DNA of 64,000 nt from Paraphysomonas bandaiensis. Lineage: Eukaryota; Protista; Chrysophyceae. The DNA lies in the NCBI GenBank assembly GCA_965644295.1, contig CBFFRP010000164.1:62001-126000 (forward strand), in the 5' to 3' direction. Shown here piece after piece: positions 48,802 to 59,700 of this stretch (within the stretch, counting starts at the first letter, position 1; each line of letters opens with the position of its first letter). The notes under the pieces were generated by a model, which was not told the origin of the DNA, ran no database searches, and saw only the letters and a list, made by a program, of their open reading frames with translations. Made by a program: the position numbers and the translations under genes.

Positions 48802-50364
48802 CTACAGATTGGCTTCCTCCTGATCGGAGTCATTCTCGTCGAATTTAATTCCACTTGTACCCTTCGCGAGCTGATCACCCTGGCGCATGATTTTCCGTGC
48901 TTTCCCAACACTTGGGGTGGCCGGCTCGATTGGAGGCAGACTGACATCTCCCACTTTGTTCGAATGCTTTTGTCGAGCTTTACTGACTTGTGCAGTCTTG
49001 AGGACTTTTTTGTACGGCGATGTTCCGGGGCCATTCGGAATATTGGCTCCGGAATCTGATGGGTGGGCTGAAGTAAGAGAGGAGGATATGAGGTCCGCGA
49101 ATCGGCCCCCCATCCAAGGAAGAGAACACATGCCTTGCGCTGTTGGTCTTGTCGAGTCGTCTACTTGAAGAATCGCAACAATGAACTTTTTTAAATCCTC
49201 GCTGAAAGGTAAGAATTCTTGCAATGAGTTGGTACTATTTTGAATTATTTCTGAAAACTTTTCTTTGTCTCGCATTACCTCCATGTCGTAACAATGCATC
49301 CATATATCATAAAAACGCTCATGACCTAGTGTGAGCTCTAGCAGAATACATCCTGTACTCCACACATCGATCTTGTCACCGTAGTAGCTCCCGCGAGTAA
49401 ACATCTCCGGGGCAAAGAAACCCGGTGATCCACAAAACTCCGAGAGTGGTTCCGCAGGTCGGAAAACAGTGCTCAGTCCAAAATCACACAGCTTGAGATC
49501 CATACATTTCCCAGTATTTACATCGAACGTCAACAGGACGTTTTCTGGTTTGAGATCACGATGGCAGACGCCGTGTGCGTGGCAATGCAAGACACCCTCA
49601 AGAATTCCAGCCATTATTTCCAATGCCCACTCCTCTCGTGCTCCATCAGGGTGTTGGTCGAAAAAGTCGAACATATCCCGTCCACCTTTCTCCATAACAA
49701 TGTAGAGGTTCAATCTTGTGTGTACTATATCTACGATCTTAACAATACACCGATTGTTCAATTTTTTTGTCGTACCGATTTCATTAGATATTCGGCGAAG
49801 GGAATGGAAGGATGTTACCTTATCCTTTCGAATAACTTTAATGGCCAATTCCTTCGGGTTATCATCTAAATGACATTCGAACACTTCACCAAAATGCCCT
49901 TCACCCAAAATATTGGATATCTTATATGAACCAACAGACTGCGGGGTGTCAGTCAAGGTTTGATCTTCACGGGGAATATTAGTCAGGCTGTGATGGCACG
50001 ACAAGCAGTGGGTCCACAATGTTGCAGTATGTTCCAACTTGTGGGCGTCATATTTTTCACGAAGTACAAGAAAATCTTGATATAAGTCAGTTTGTTGTTT
50101 GTGAAATTTTTGAACCGATTCCAAAGCCATTTGCAGACGTGAATCTATGTTTTTTATCTGATCATCTTTTTCATGCAATAATTTCTGTGTCGATATGAGG
50201 TCATTTTCAATATCTGAAAGCTCATTTTTCCAAATGTACACTTTCCCATCTCGCTCCAGACAGGGTGAAGAAACAATGCTAACTTCCTTTTCAGGGAGAT
50301 AGTGTCGTAAAGCGTCCTGTATCAGACTGGCGTCTAAGCCCACAACAGTAACACCATCCTTCAT
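48802..50364 (-). CDS. CAMK-group Ser/Thr protein kinase with N-terminal coiled coil
   Basis: LGEGHFGEV, LAIK, HRDLKPEN, CDFG, CGSPGFFAPE and DVWSTG. The first ATG is at 50364. Confidence 0.9.
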   Translation of the reverse strand: MKDGVTVVGLDASLIQDALRHYLPEKEVSIVSSPCLERDGKVYIWKNELSDIENDLISTQKLLHEKDDQIKNIDSRLQMALESVQKFHKQQTDLYQDFLVLREKYDAHKLEHTATLWTHCLSCHHSLTNIPREDQTLTDTPQSVGSYKISNILGEGHFGEVFECHLDDNPKELAIKVIRKDKVTSFHSLRRISNEIGTTKKLNNRCIVKIVDIVHTRLNLYIVMEKGGRDMFDFFDQHPDGAREEWALEIMAGILEGVLHCHAHGVCHRDLKPENVLLTFDVNTGKCMDLKLCDFGLSTVFRPAEPLSEFCGSPGFFAPEMFTRGSYYGDKIDVWSTGCILLELTLGHERFYDIWMHCYDMEVMRDKEKFSEIIQNSTNSLQEFLPFSEDLKKFIVAILQVDDSTRPTAQGMCSLPWMGGRFADLISSSLTSAHPSDSGANIPNGPGTSPYKKVLKTAQVSKARQKHSNKVGDVSLPPIEPATPSVGKARKIMRQGDQLAKGTSGIKFDENDSDQEEANL

Positions 50365-51093
50365 TTCTGGTAATGACAAATCAATTCAAGATACTTTAAT
50401 AATGAATATAAAAGTGGAGTACACAATTGCAAGGTGACAGTGTTTATGTATAGATATTGGGCTCACTTCTCTCTAATTCTTGTCACTCACTATCTCTGTA
50501 TATACGAAACAATTCATACTTTTATTACATAGAAATTAGTTTTGTTATCTGTAAGCTATCAAATTACGGTTTGTTTGTTGGTGTGTCTTAAATACTTGTG
50601 TCTACTAGACATCTCAAGGACTATATGTGTACATACACGTACAGCAGTACATACAGCAGAGTATCTTTGTGTCAGTGTGTGTTCTGTCTAAAAGGCGTCT
50701 ATAAAGAAACGCTTCTGGTATTTTGGTAAAAAGGTTTCCAAAAAGGTAGGAAATTCCTTAAAAAACTGTTTGGCTTTCCTATAAATATCTTGTTGGCTTG
50801 TTGGAATTCTTGATTTTTTACATGTAAAAGACACTGAAAATGAGTACAAGAAATCTTTTTTATCTTATAAAATCCGTACTTTTTTCTCATAGACAAACTT
50901 CGTACTTACTATACAACCAAACTTTCATACATCATCTCACTCACTATGAATCATATACAGTACAGCGTATATACACTCACTGTTGTATCATATTCATACC
51001 ATCTTAAACTATATGACATCTCACAGACTAAACAGAGATGCATCATACACCATCTCTCTCGAACACTGAATTATAGTTTAAGTATATTTCAAC

Positions 51094-52704
51094 ATGATAA
51101 ACATATTAGAAATTCCAGAATTTTACTTTAGTTTATTGACATTATTAAACCTCTTCAATTTTATTGATCGAGGCATTATTCCTGGTAGCACAGACGAGTT
51201 TACTAATTTTATTGAGGACAATATAGAAACAGGTCATCCCAGTTTATACATCGGTCTCTTACAATCAGCTTTTATTGTTGGATTTTGTTTAGCATCTCCA
51301 ATATTCGCCGGACTAGTTCATTACTACGGACCATTTCACCTTGTGACAGCTGGTGTTACTGTCTGGACATGTGCTGTATTACTCTCTGGCTTTGCGTACT
51401 ATGCTGATAGCTACATGATGTTATTGTTTGGACGCGTACTGTCGGGTGTTGGTGAGTCCAGTTTTCAATGCTGTATTCCACCCTGGATAGCAACGAACTC
51501 TGACGAGAACAGCAAATCTCGATGGCTAGCGATATTCAATACTGCGATACCTGTCGGGACGGCACTAGGGTACGTGTACTCGTCGCTGATTTCTACTTCT
51601 ATTGGATGGCAGTGGGCATTCTTCCTCGAGGCCGTCCTGATATTTCCGTTTCTCGTGTTTGTATTTTTAATTTGTCCAAGATTTCCTCATCTGAAACCTG
51701 GTGTACGTCACTTTCCACCAGTAAATGAGAATGATTATGAGGAAATTGTCCCTATTCCACCGAACAGCGAGGCGGAAGCTGGAGTGAAGGACGCTCTTAA
51801 GCATGACGAGGCCACTACATCTCTGCTCAGTTCTATTGAAGACGATAACCTCGCTCAGGAGCAAGGAAAAGATGTAGACGTAAAACTCGACCCTGACTTG
51901 GATCAGGAGGAGCACCCACCTAATCTCTATGAGGAAGTGAAGCTGATATGCCGCTATCCATGCTATTTGTTTATTACTGCTGGTTATACCGCACAGACAG
52001 GAGCTCTCATTGGCCTCAGTACCTTTGGGTCCGCCTTTCTCATGGGGTTGAACTATTTTGACTCTGAAGTGGAGTCTTCAAGTTTATTTGGGGTGGTGGT
52101 AAGTGTGGCAGGTATAGTCGGCTTCCCACTGGGGGGAATGCTATTAGACTATCTCTCCGCACGATCTAAGCATGAGCAGGGCCATTCCCATGCGGAACTT
52201 GTACGCGCAACACTCCTGATGATAGTTACATCTATTGGGGGCTGTATACTTTTTGTACTAACCTTTTGGATTCGTTCCAAAGCTCTTTTTATAGTAGTGC
52301 TGTTTTTCGGGTGTCTGTTTCTGTTCTTGTGTAACTCATCTATTACAATTGCAATATTGCTGAGTGTCCCTGTCGAAAACAGAGCCCTCGCCATAGCATT
52401 TACCTCGATCGTAATCCACATGTTTGGGGATGTCCCATCTCCACTGGTTGTCGGGTATTTGAAAGACGACTTGGCTCCTGGATGCACAGGAGATGACGAC
52501 GCTGTTAGCACAAGTGAGGATTGCCGTGACGACGCCCAGGGTCTCAGGATTACAATGCTACTGGTGTCCCTCTGGTTCTCGTGGTGCATCGCATTTTTCA
52601 CAATGGCCTTCGTTCACGCTAAACGTGACTACAAGGCGGAGAAGGCAAGGAGACCCTCTCTTTATATGGACCCTGTAACCCGGAAAATCTCGAAGCAGGA
52701 ATGA
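51094..52704 (+). CDS. MFS transporter, spinster (SPNS) family, intronless
   Basis: LLNLFNFIDRG, GLLQSAFIVG, GRVLSGVGE, IPVGTALGY, IHMFGDVPSPLVVG; about 12 TM segments. Confidence 0.9.
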   Translation: MINILEIPEFYFSLLTLLNLFNFIDRGIIPGSTDEFTNFIEDNIETGHPSLYIGLLQSAFIVGFCLASPIFAGLVHYYGPFHLVTAGVTVWTCAVLLSGFAYYADSYMMLLFGRVLSGVGESSFQCCIPPWIATNSDENSKSRWLAIFNTAIPVGTALGYVYSSLISTSIGWQWAFFLEAVLIFPFLVFVFLICPRFPHLKPGVRHFPPVNENDYEEIVPIPPNSEAEAGVKDALKHDEATTSLLSSIEDDNLAQEQGKDVDVKLDPDLDQEEHPPNLYEEVKLICRYPCYLFITAGYTAQTGALIGLSTFGSAFLMGLNYFDSEVESSSLFGVVVSVAGIVGFPLGGMLLDYLSARSKHEQGHSHAELVRATLLMIVTSIGGCILFVLTFWIRSKALFIVVLFFGCLFLFLCNSSITIAILLSVPVENRALAIAFTSIVIHMFGDVPSPLVVGYLKDDLAPGCTGDDDAVSTSEDCRDDAQGLRITMLLVSLWFSWCIAFFTMAFVHAKRDYKAEKARRPSLYMDPVTRKISKQE

Positions 52705-53039
52705 GCAACGGAAGTGTAGTAGTTTGACTCTGATAAAGTTGTACTGGTTCTGGTAGCCAGTATGAATTTGAGAAATTGTGTATATTAACCGAATCTGTAT
52801 GTAAGAATAGCTTTGCTGTATCACATTGCGAATCTTGACGTGCTCCTATACATTCAAAAAGTGTGTGTACACACTCTAAGCTACATACGACTGTTGTCAG
52901 TGGTCAAAAAGCTATACAGCAGTAGGCAGTGGCCAGGCAACATGGCAACATGTTGGGTAGAATGATATAAGGCGTATTTTCAGCAGTGTTGAGTTTTGCC
53001 TAGAGTGTGATAATTCTGAAATTGAGAGACGGGTTATAC

Positions 53040-53540
53040 ATTTGGACGGAATGCTAGAAGGAAACTTCATTGAAGACATCTACCAGAAAGCCACACAACT
53101 GCTGAAGGAATGTTAACATCAGCTCGATCTCCACGACGCTCGTACATTGTTTGACTAAATCATCACGAGTCTCCCGATTGTTGAGCGCCATCAGGGTGAC
53201 AAGGTTGCTATTAGTCATAACGCTGCTCTGAAGAAGGCAGTGGTGAAGTAGTCATGAAGATGCAACGTGGTATCGAAGCCTCACTTATACCCGGACGGAA
53301 AAGGATCAAATAAATGAGGAAGTCGATGATGATGGCAGTGAGTCTAGTTCAGAATGACAACACAGGGCAACATTTGATTTATGGTAACAGACATCGGAGG
53401 CAAGTAACCCTAACCCTAACCCTAAAAGTCAAAACAAGGAAATTCAATAGTGCAGCGTGAAGCACGTGCATGTCGCAGTTTACTCAGTTGAGCTAAGAGA
53501 TAGTTATGACTAATTCACGCAAGCGTATGGCCCTCGCCGT
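53040..53540 (+). pseudogene. hAT transposase C-terminal relic
   Basis: Broken frames DARTLFD*IITSLPIVERH..AISHNAALKKAVVK and IVMTNSRKRM resemble stramenopile hAT transposases. Confidence 0.5.
53405..53425 (-). repeat. Interstitial telomere-like repeat (TTAGGG)3.5
   Basis: taaccctaaccctaaccctaa on the + strand. Confidence 0.75.
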
Positions 53541-53554
53541 TTAGAGAGTATGTG

Positions 53555-54922
53555 ACGCATCAATTAATTGACGCAGGTTGTAGTAAATTAAATTGCAATT
53601 ATTTCTTGTTATTGTCTAATAATTAATTGAATCATGGCAAATATGGAGCCCCATTTGGTATTTAGTATGGTTACTGCGCATCAAAGATCTTTCTTTTATT
53701 AGGGTTTGAAGTCGTTGTCGGTAGAAAACAGTCTACTTCTTCATCACTCAATACCGAATATACAGCAAAACAGCCAGATTTAATTCGTGATGTGCATAGT
53801 CATTGAGCGGTACAGCAGGTCTTCCAATCAAATTACCAGTTAAACACACCAAATTGGGATTGTAATTTGTATTGTATCCCGAAATACATTCAATTGCAGT
53901 AAAATTATATTCAAACAACACTGCAACTCATTGAACGAGTAATATTCTAGTGACTCTGCAGTGAAGTATATGTCCGAGTCTTTATCTTCGTCCTTCACAT
54001 CACAGCAAAAAGTAGTACCACAGCAAAAACAACTTTGAAATTAGGCGTCGGTTCATGTTGCAAAAACAGCAAAGTAGAGCTCTTTGTTGCACGCCCACCC
54101 ATCCACCAGCAAGCCAAAACGCTTTTTCAACAGCGCTTTAATCTTGTTTTCGACCTCTAAGTCCAAGACTTTCATATATTTCATCAGCATTGATCTAATA
54201 AAAGCTGTCAACTTGGTGTTCTTTCGTGTCAATGGTTTCTCCACAAAAGAAAAAAGAAGATCATCCATAATCAATCAGTACAACCGGTGATACGCAGTCC
54301 TCGCATTAAACAGGCAATGCTATAGAGCAGTTGAAAGCTGTAGTTAGAAGGTATTTTAAAAAATTATGACCATTACGAGTGATATACAATTGTGGTTATC
54401 TGCTGTATTATGAGAGTTGCCGTAATATAATGTATATTATCATGACGAGTATATTATAGAAGTGAAACGAATTATAGTGGCAATGCAAGTTCGTGACGAA
54501 GTAAGATCGTACGATAAATGAGTGGTTGTAGAGACAACATGAAAAGGGAGAATGATAAGAGGTATTGTTTTTAACTTATACTATAATCAGCACAGAGCGA
54601 CTGTATTGTTCAGTTATGTCATTTTCTACCATTTGTCATGACCCTAATGCAATGTGTTAGTTGTTTTCATTTATTTTCTAGAGAAAACACTTGAGCAATG
54701 GTTTATGGTATCAGTTTATATGTTTATAAGATCAATTAAATAATTTTATTGCTTTCTACCAACCTTCGTAGGTTTGTCGTAAAAATTGGATTTTCTCAAC
54801 TTACCGGTGCCAAATTGATGATATTTTTAATCAATTAGTTGAAGCAAACTGGAGTCAATTATATAACTTGCTGTCCCAATTTCAATAATTAATAATTGAC
54901 AATCAATTCATAGGCAGCCCTG
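53555..54922 (-). mobile_element. Degenerate hAT element (family 2) with transposase fragment
   Basis: 54053-54274 reads FSFVEKPLTRK..KYM..VENKIKALLKKRFGLLVDGW..YFAVFAT (DGW is the first catalytic Asp). It is flanked by family-2 subterminal sequence and gcagccctg at 54922. Confidence 0.7.
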
Positions 54923-55164
54923 CTATATATACGTACGTAGTTTAGTATCAATTAATTGTAATTTTATATTATATTACTAGACTACAAATAATTGACAATT
55001 GATTGTTACGTAGCCCTGCTACACATCGTACTCAATACTGTTTGGTAACAATTCTACGTTTAGTCGGTACCAAATATATTTTAAGTACGTATTGTAACAT
55101 ATACTTACGCTATTACAAATGTTTCATTCATGGCTACCGGCACACTGATCGCTTGTGGTCTTAA

Positions 55165-56497
55165 CCACACTCATTAACCACAGTCAGTAACCACACTTAT
55201 AAGAAGTAATATATTTACGTCCAAATCAATTAAATTTATTGTATTACTCTGCTAAATAGTACTATCAGAGAGTGTGCTTGCATACACATACAAATCGTTT
55301 GCTAGAGTTTGACAATAACCAAAGTACTCAAAATCTTCGGAATCGACATTCATTATATGACGATATGCGTTGACAGTGTTTTCTATTATACAACCAACAT
55401 AAACGAATTGTGCTCTCCCGCCTCACCCAAACGCCCATTGCCACAATCCCTGTGTGGTCATACCCTCTGTTTGATTTGCTTGTTGTATTTGTCATAGGCA
55501 TAAAACAGCTTGTAATAGTCATCACGCACAGGAATACATATATGATATCGAGGCCTTGGTTGTCCGCCTCGTGTACGCATTACTTAATACTGTGTGTTGC
55601 TTCCCATCTTTCTTCTGAGCGTGCACAACTATTTGCTTCTTTCTTTTGTTCTATACCCATTCTATTTTCCCCACATATATCTATTCCGTGCTGCACCAGT
55701 CGTGTCAACGCAGGAAATTGCTTCGGATTAATAATCCCTCTAAGAATACTCTTAAACTTCAAGGAGACATCTTCAGAGTAGAGCTTGTCACACGTAAAGT
55801 TGGCAGTGAATGTTTCGGCAAATAGTATGCCAAACGACGAAATCGTAGGATAATTTCTTCTGAACTCTTTTCGGTATTATTCCAGTCCTGAACACAGTGG
55901 ACGGACCTTCCTCTGGACACCAGTAAACACGAATTGTTCGCCATAAATACGAATCCAAATAGCACGCATCTTGTTATATCTTACTCACAGTGAACACCTC
56001 AGAGCTTCCTCTGTCGAAAAAGAGGTGCTCAGGATCTATATCTCGGGCAATTGTTGTGACAAGTGCAGGTGTAACAAACTAAAGAAATATGCTCAGGAGC
56101 GTTAGCCTTCGCAGCTCTAACGTTGGATATTGACTGAGAAGGTCTGAATCTGGCAAATGAAACAATTTATGTCTCAAACCAATCCGCTTTCACTGTTTTT
56201 TAGCCTTCTTCGACTCAGCCCCTATTTTGGCTTGCCGTGCAGCCTTCTCTGTGCGCTGTTTTGTATTGGATCTGCTCTGCTTTGGAGACATCTTTAAGTA
56301 TAAGAATGAGTCGAATATAATGAAGTTACCTGCACATCATTTTGCCCTGTGATTGGGTCACTGGGAGTGCTGTCCGCTGCTGTCATATGAATTCACATAC
56401 TTCATTTGAGTCGAGTCCGCATTGACTGTTACGTTTTTTCCGTACATAACAACAGTGTTTTTTGTGCTGTGATGGTGAGTGTGGTTTTTGAGTGTGG
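55165..56497 (-). mobile_element. piggyBac-like element, decayed
   Basis: TTAA at 55161-55164 and 56498-56501. 22-bp TIRs ccacactcattaaccacagtca and ccacactcaaaaaccacactca (3 mismatches). Internal broken minus-strand frames (TLLSIFL*FVTPALVTTIA; IIENTVNAYRHI) resemble piggyBac transposase. Confidence 0.7.
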
Positions 56498-56735
56498 TTA
56501 AAACCATTGATATATATATATAGCGCTTAGCAAAATATCTAGAGCAGTATCTGAATGGATGAAAGGACGGTATACAAGTCGTTAAGAGATCGAGTTGTTA
56601 CTATACGTATATAACCAAGTGCCACAATAAAACTATTTGAAATAAAAATATTCAAACTTGACTTATACAAAACAGCACAACCTCACAATTTGAAAACGCC
56701 CAAAACTAATAAAATTGGCACTATAATGAGTGTTA

Positions 56736-59700
56736 TTAACTTTCGAATTCCATTTGAGTAGACAACTTCACTCCGGTTTTCATTTCAAGCCAATCCACGA
56801 TTTCCACGTGGCCATTGACTTGGGCATAGTACGCCGGTAAATGCCCGTTGGAATTCTGTTTCAAGGTATCCACACCATTAGATACCAGCCACTTGACTAA
56901 ATGCAAACTCCCTGATTTGCATGCAATATGCAATGCATTGTTGCCTTTATCTGTTTCGCTGTCTAGACGGGCGCCTTGCTCAACCAGAAACTCAACTACA
57001 TCGAGGTTCCCCGAGCTGCACGCATAAAGAAATGGAGTCCTACTAGATGTGTCTTGAAGGTCTACAATTGCGCCTTTGGAAACGAGAAGTTTCACCACAT
57101 CAAGAGCACCTTTGCCGCAAGCATAATGAATCGGGGTCTTCTTCTCATCATCAAAAGAGTTGACTCCGACATCGTGATCAATGAGTATGCGTGCTGTTTC
57201 AAGAGATCCGGCGTCCGCAGCGCAATGCAATAGATTTAGAAGGTGGCTTGAACGAACATCCAGGTTGATATTAGGGACCATAGAACGAGGCAAATCAATT
57301 ATCTGTTGTAATACATTGTGCATTCCCAGCAAGCATATGATGTGCAAGGGAGTGTCCCCTACTTTATTTTTTCTGTTTACATCAGCACCCTTCTTTATTA
57401 GAAACATTATCATGCTCTCGTTTTTCTTATCACACGCTATATGAAGAGGAGTCATCGCCTCATGCACGTCGCTATCTACATCAAAAGCAGCTGACCCCCG
57501 AATGTTCTGGGCATTCAAATGTGCCCCCTTGTCCAACAGATACTGCACCAAACTAATATTCCCAGATATAACCGCACAATGGAGGGCGGACGGCTCGTCC
57601 GGGCCGAGTACCACATTAAGTTGGGCTCCACCCTCAACAATGGCTTTTACTCTACTTAGATCACCAGATATACATGCATCGTGCAGTGTAGTATTCAATG
57701 ATGAAGATTGTTTTTCAAAATCACTGGCAACTGAGTTTCCAGACTCTTCCCGACTTGGAGATTTCACATCGTAATCACTACGGAACTCTGTGAAATTTTC
57801 AACTGGAGTGGACTGGCCGATACACCCGAAAAAAAGGGACCCGCTAGACTCCTGGCGAACCGGCGATGACTCAGTATATGTGGTCTCACGGGCCACTGAA
57901 CTAAACCAACTCACAAGCTCGTGGTCACCATTCTTGGACGCGATAGATAGTCCTGTGTAGCCGTACTCGTCCCTGGCGTTGGGATTGGCGCCAACACCAA
58001 ACAGATATTTGCACATTTCAATGCGACCCTTGAAAGCAGCATAATGAAGAGGTGTGCGCTTGACATCAGACTCCGCATTCACCCTAGCACCACCCATCAC
58101 AAGAAATTGAGCTAGTTCTATGTGACCCGATGCGGCGACATAGTGAAGCGGGGTAGTGCCATAAGGAAGTTGGACGGAGTCTGAGTAACTGTTTATCATC
58201 CTCTCCAAAATTCGTTTGGCGTCGGAAAAATTATTCGAGCTTAGAGCTTCCTCCAGGCATTCAACATTGACACCAAGCTCATTTCCAGTACTGCCAAACT
58301 TGCTAAGATAGTGCTCAACAGCAGGTTTTCCAGCAGCTCGGGAAAAATCACTTGGAGATGCACCTTTCTCATTCAAAGCACAGGGATCAAGGTGCAAGTC
58401 TTCCACCAACCACTGCACGAGGTCAACATTACCATTTTGGGCTGCCAAGTGCACAGGGGTGTTAAGCTTATCGTAACTGCCCCCAGTAACGTGATAATTG
58501 GCCCCTGCACTTACTAGCCACTGTGCTACTTCCAAATGCCCACCACAACAAGCATACATAAATGCTGTCTTCCCATTTTTATCAGCATGATTAACTGAAG
58601 ATCCTTTCGAGAACAAATACTGGACGACACTTAAGTGTCCCTCTGCACATGCCAAATGAAAGCCTGTGACGCCATTCTTATCACATGCATTTATATCAGC
58701 ACCTGCAACCACAAGAGCCATTAACGTCTCCATTTGCCCGGCATGTGCTGCTTCCATGAGGGCAGTGGTATCATACTGCCCCTTTACTTCCTTGTCAACC
58801 TCATCGCGCATGAGCCACATCACTATATTTACGTGACCATTAACTGCAGCGAGGTGGAGAGGAGGTGTAGCAAGATCTCCAGACTCAGAGAAATGGAGAG
58901 AGAAGTCGATACACTTCAAACTGTGGAGCCAAGTACAGATGTCAATATGTCCAGCAATACAGGCGCAATCTAGTGGGGCAACCCCAGCCGCATTTAGATG
59001 ATTCGGATTCGCACCCCGCTCATACAACGCTTTCGCGACATCAACATTGCCATTCATACAGACGAAGTGCATAGCAGTGGACTTGTTTTCGTTTTCGACA
59101 TTGGGATCAACACCTAGCTCATCCACATAATGGATTACATCTTCCACTGTATTACATGACTTCAGAAACTCGGCTGCAAGCTCGGGTGCCACTGGGACAC
59201 CTCGCGGACGATAGGCTCGGTCAGGTAGGGTGTTGTCACCTGGTAGAGACTTTTCAGGCGAATCACTAGTTAAAGATGTGCTCTCCTTCACTTCATCACT
59301 ACCAGCATTCTCCTCTGATTCCGAAGGCAAAGTTTCTTGCTCTACGATATCCTTGGAGACTGGTTCTGTATTTAACTCTTGCGGAATAAATTTCGGGGGA
59401 CCCCTTACAAAAGGTACATTTGAGGTATGAACAGCAAATGACATGTCGAATCCATTCTTAAAGGTACTACTGTAAAGTTTCCAAAATTTTTCAGCACAAG
59501 AAACAGCAGGGCTTAGTTCATCAAGCTCTTTATCGACAAGAATTAGGCGTGTAATAGACTTCGGCTGTTCAAGGGCAAAGGCTTCTAGTATGGCCTCACA
59601 TATATCGTCCCAAGATGAGTTCAACAATACATGCACTGTGGCACGTGTCTTAGAGCTATTGGCCAGTAGAAGAGGGATGTGTTCCGCGGCGGCCATGAAG

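Noticed and set aside
50697-50895. Possible MITE with gtctat..atagac ends
   Set aside because: Only ~6 bp of perfect terminal match in AT-rich DNA and no second copy in the window.
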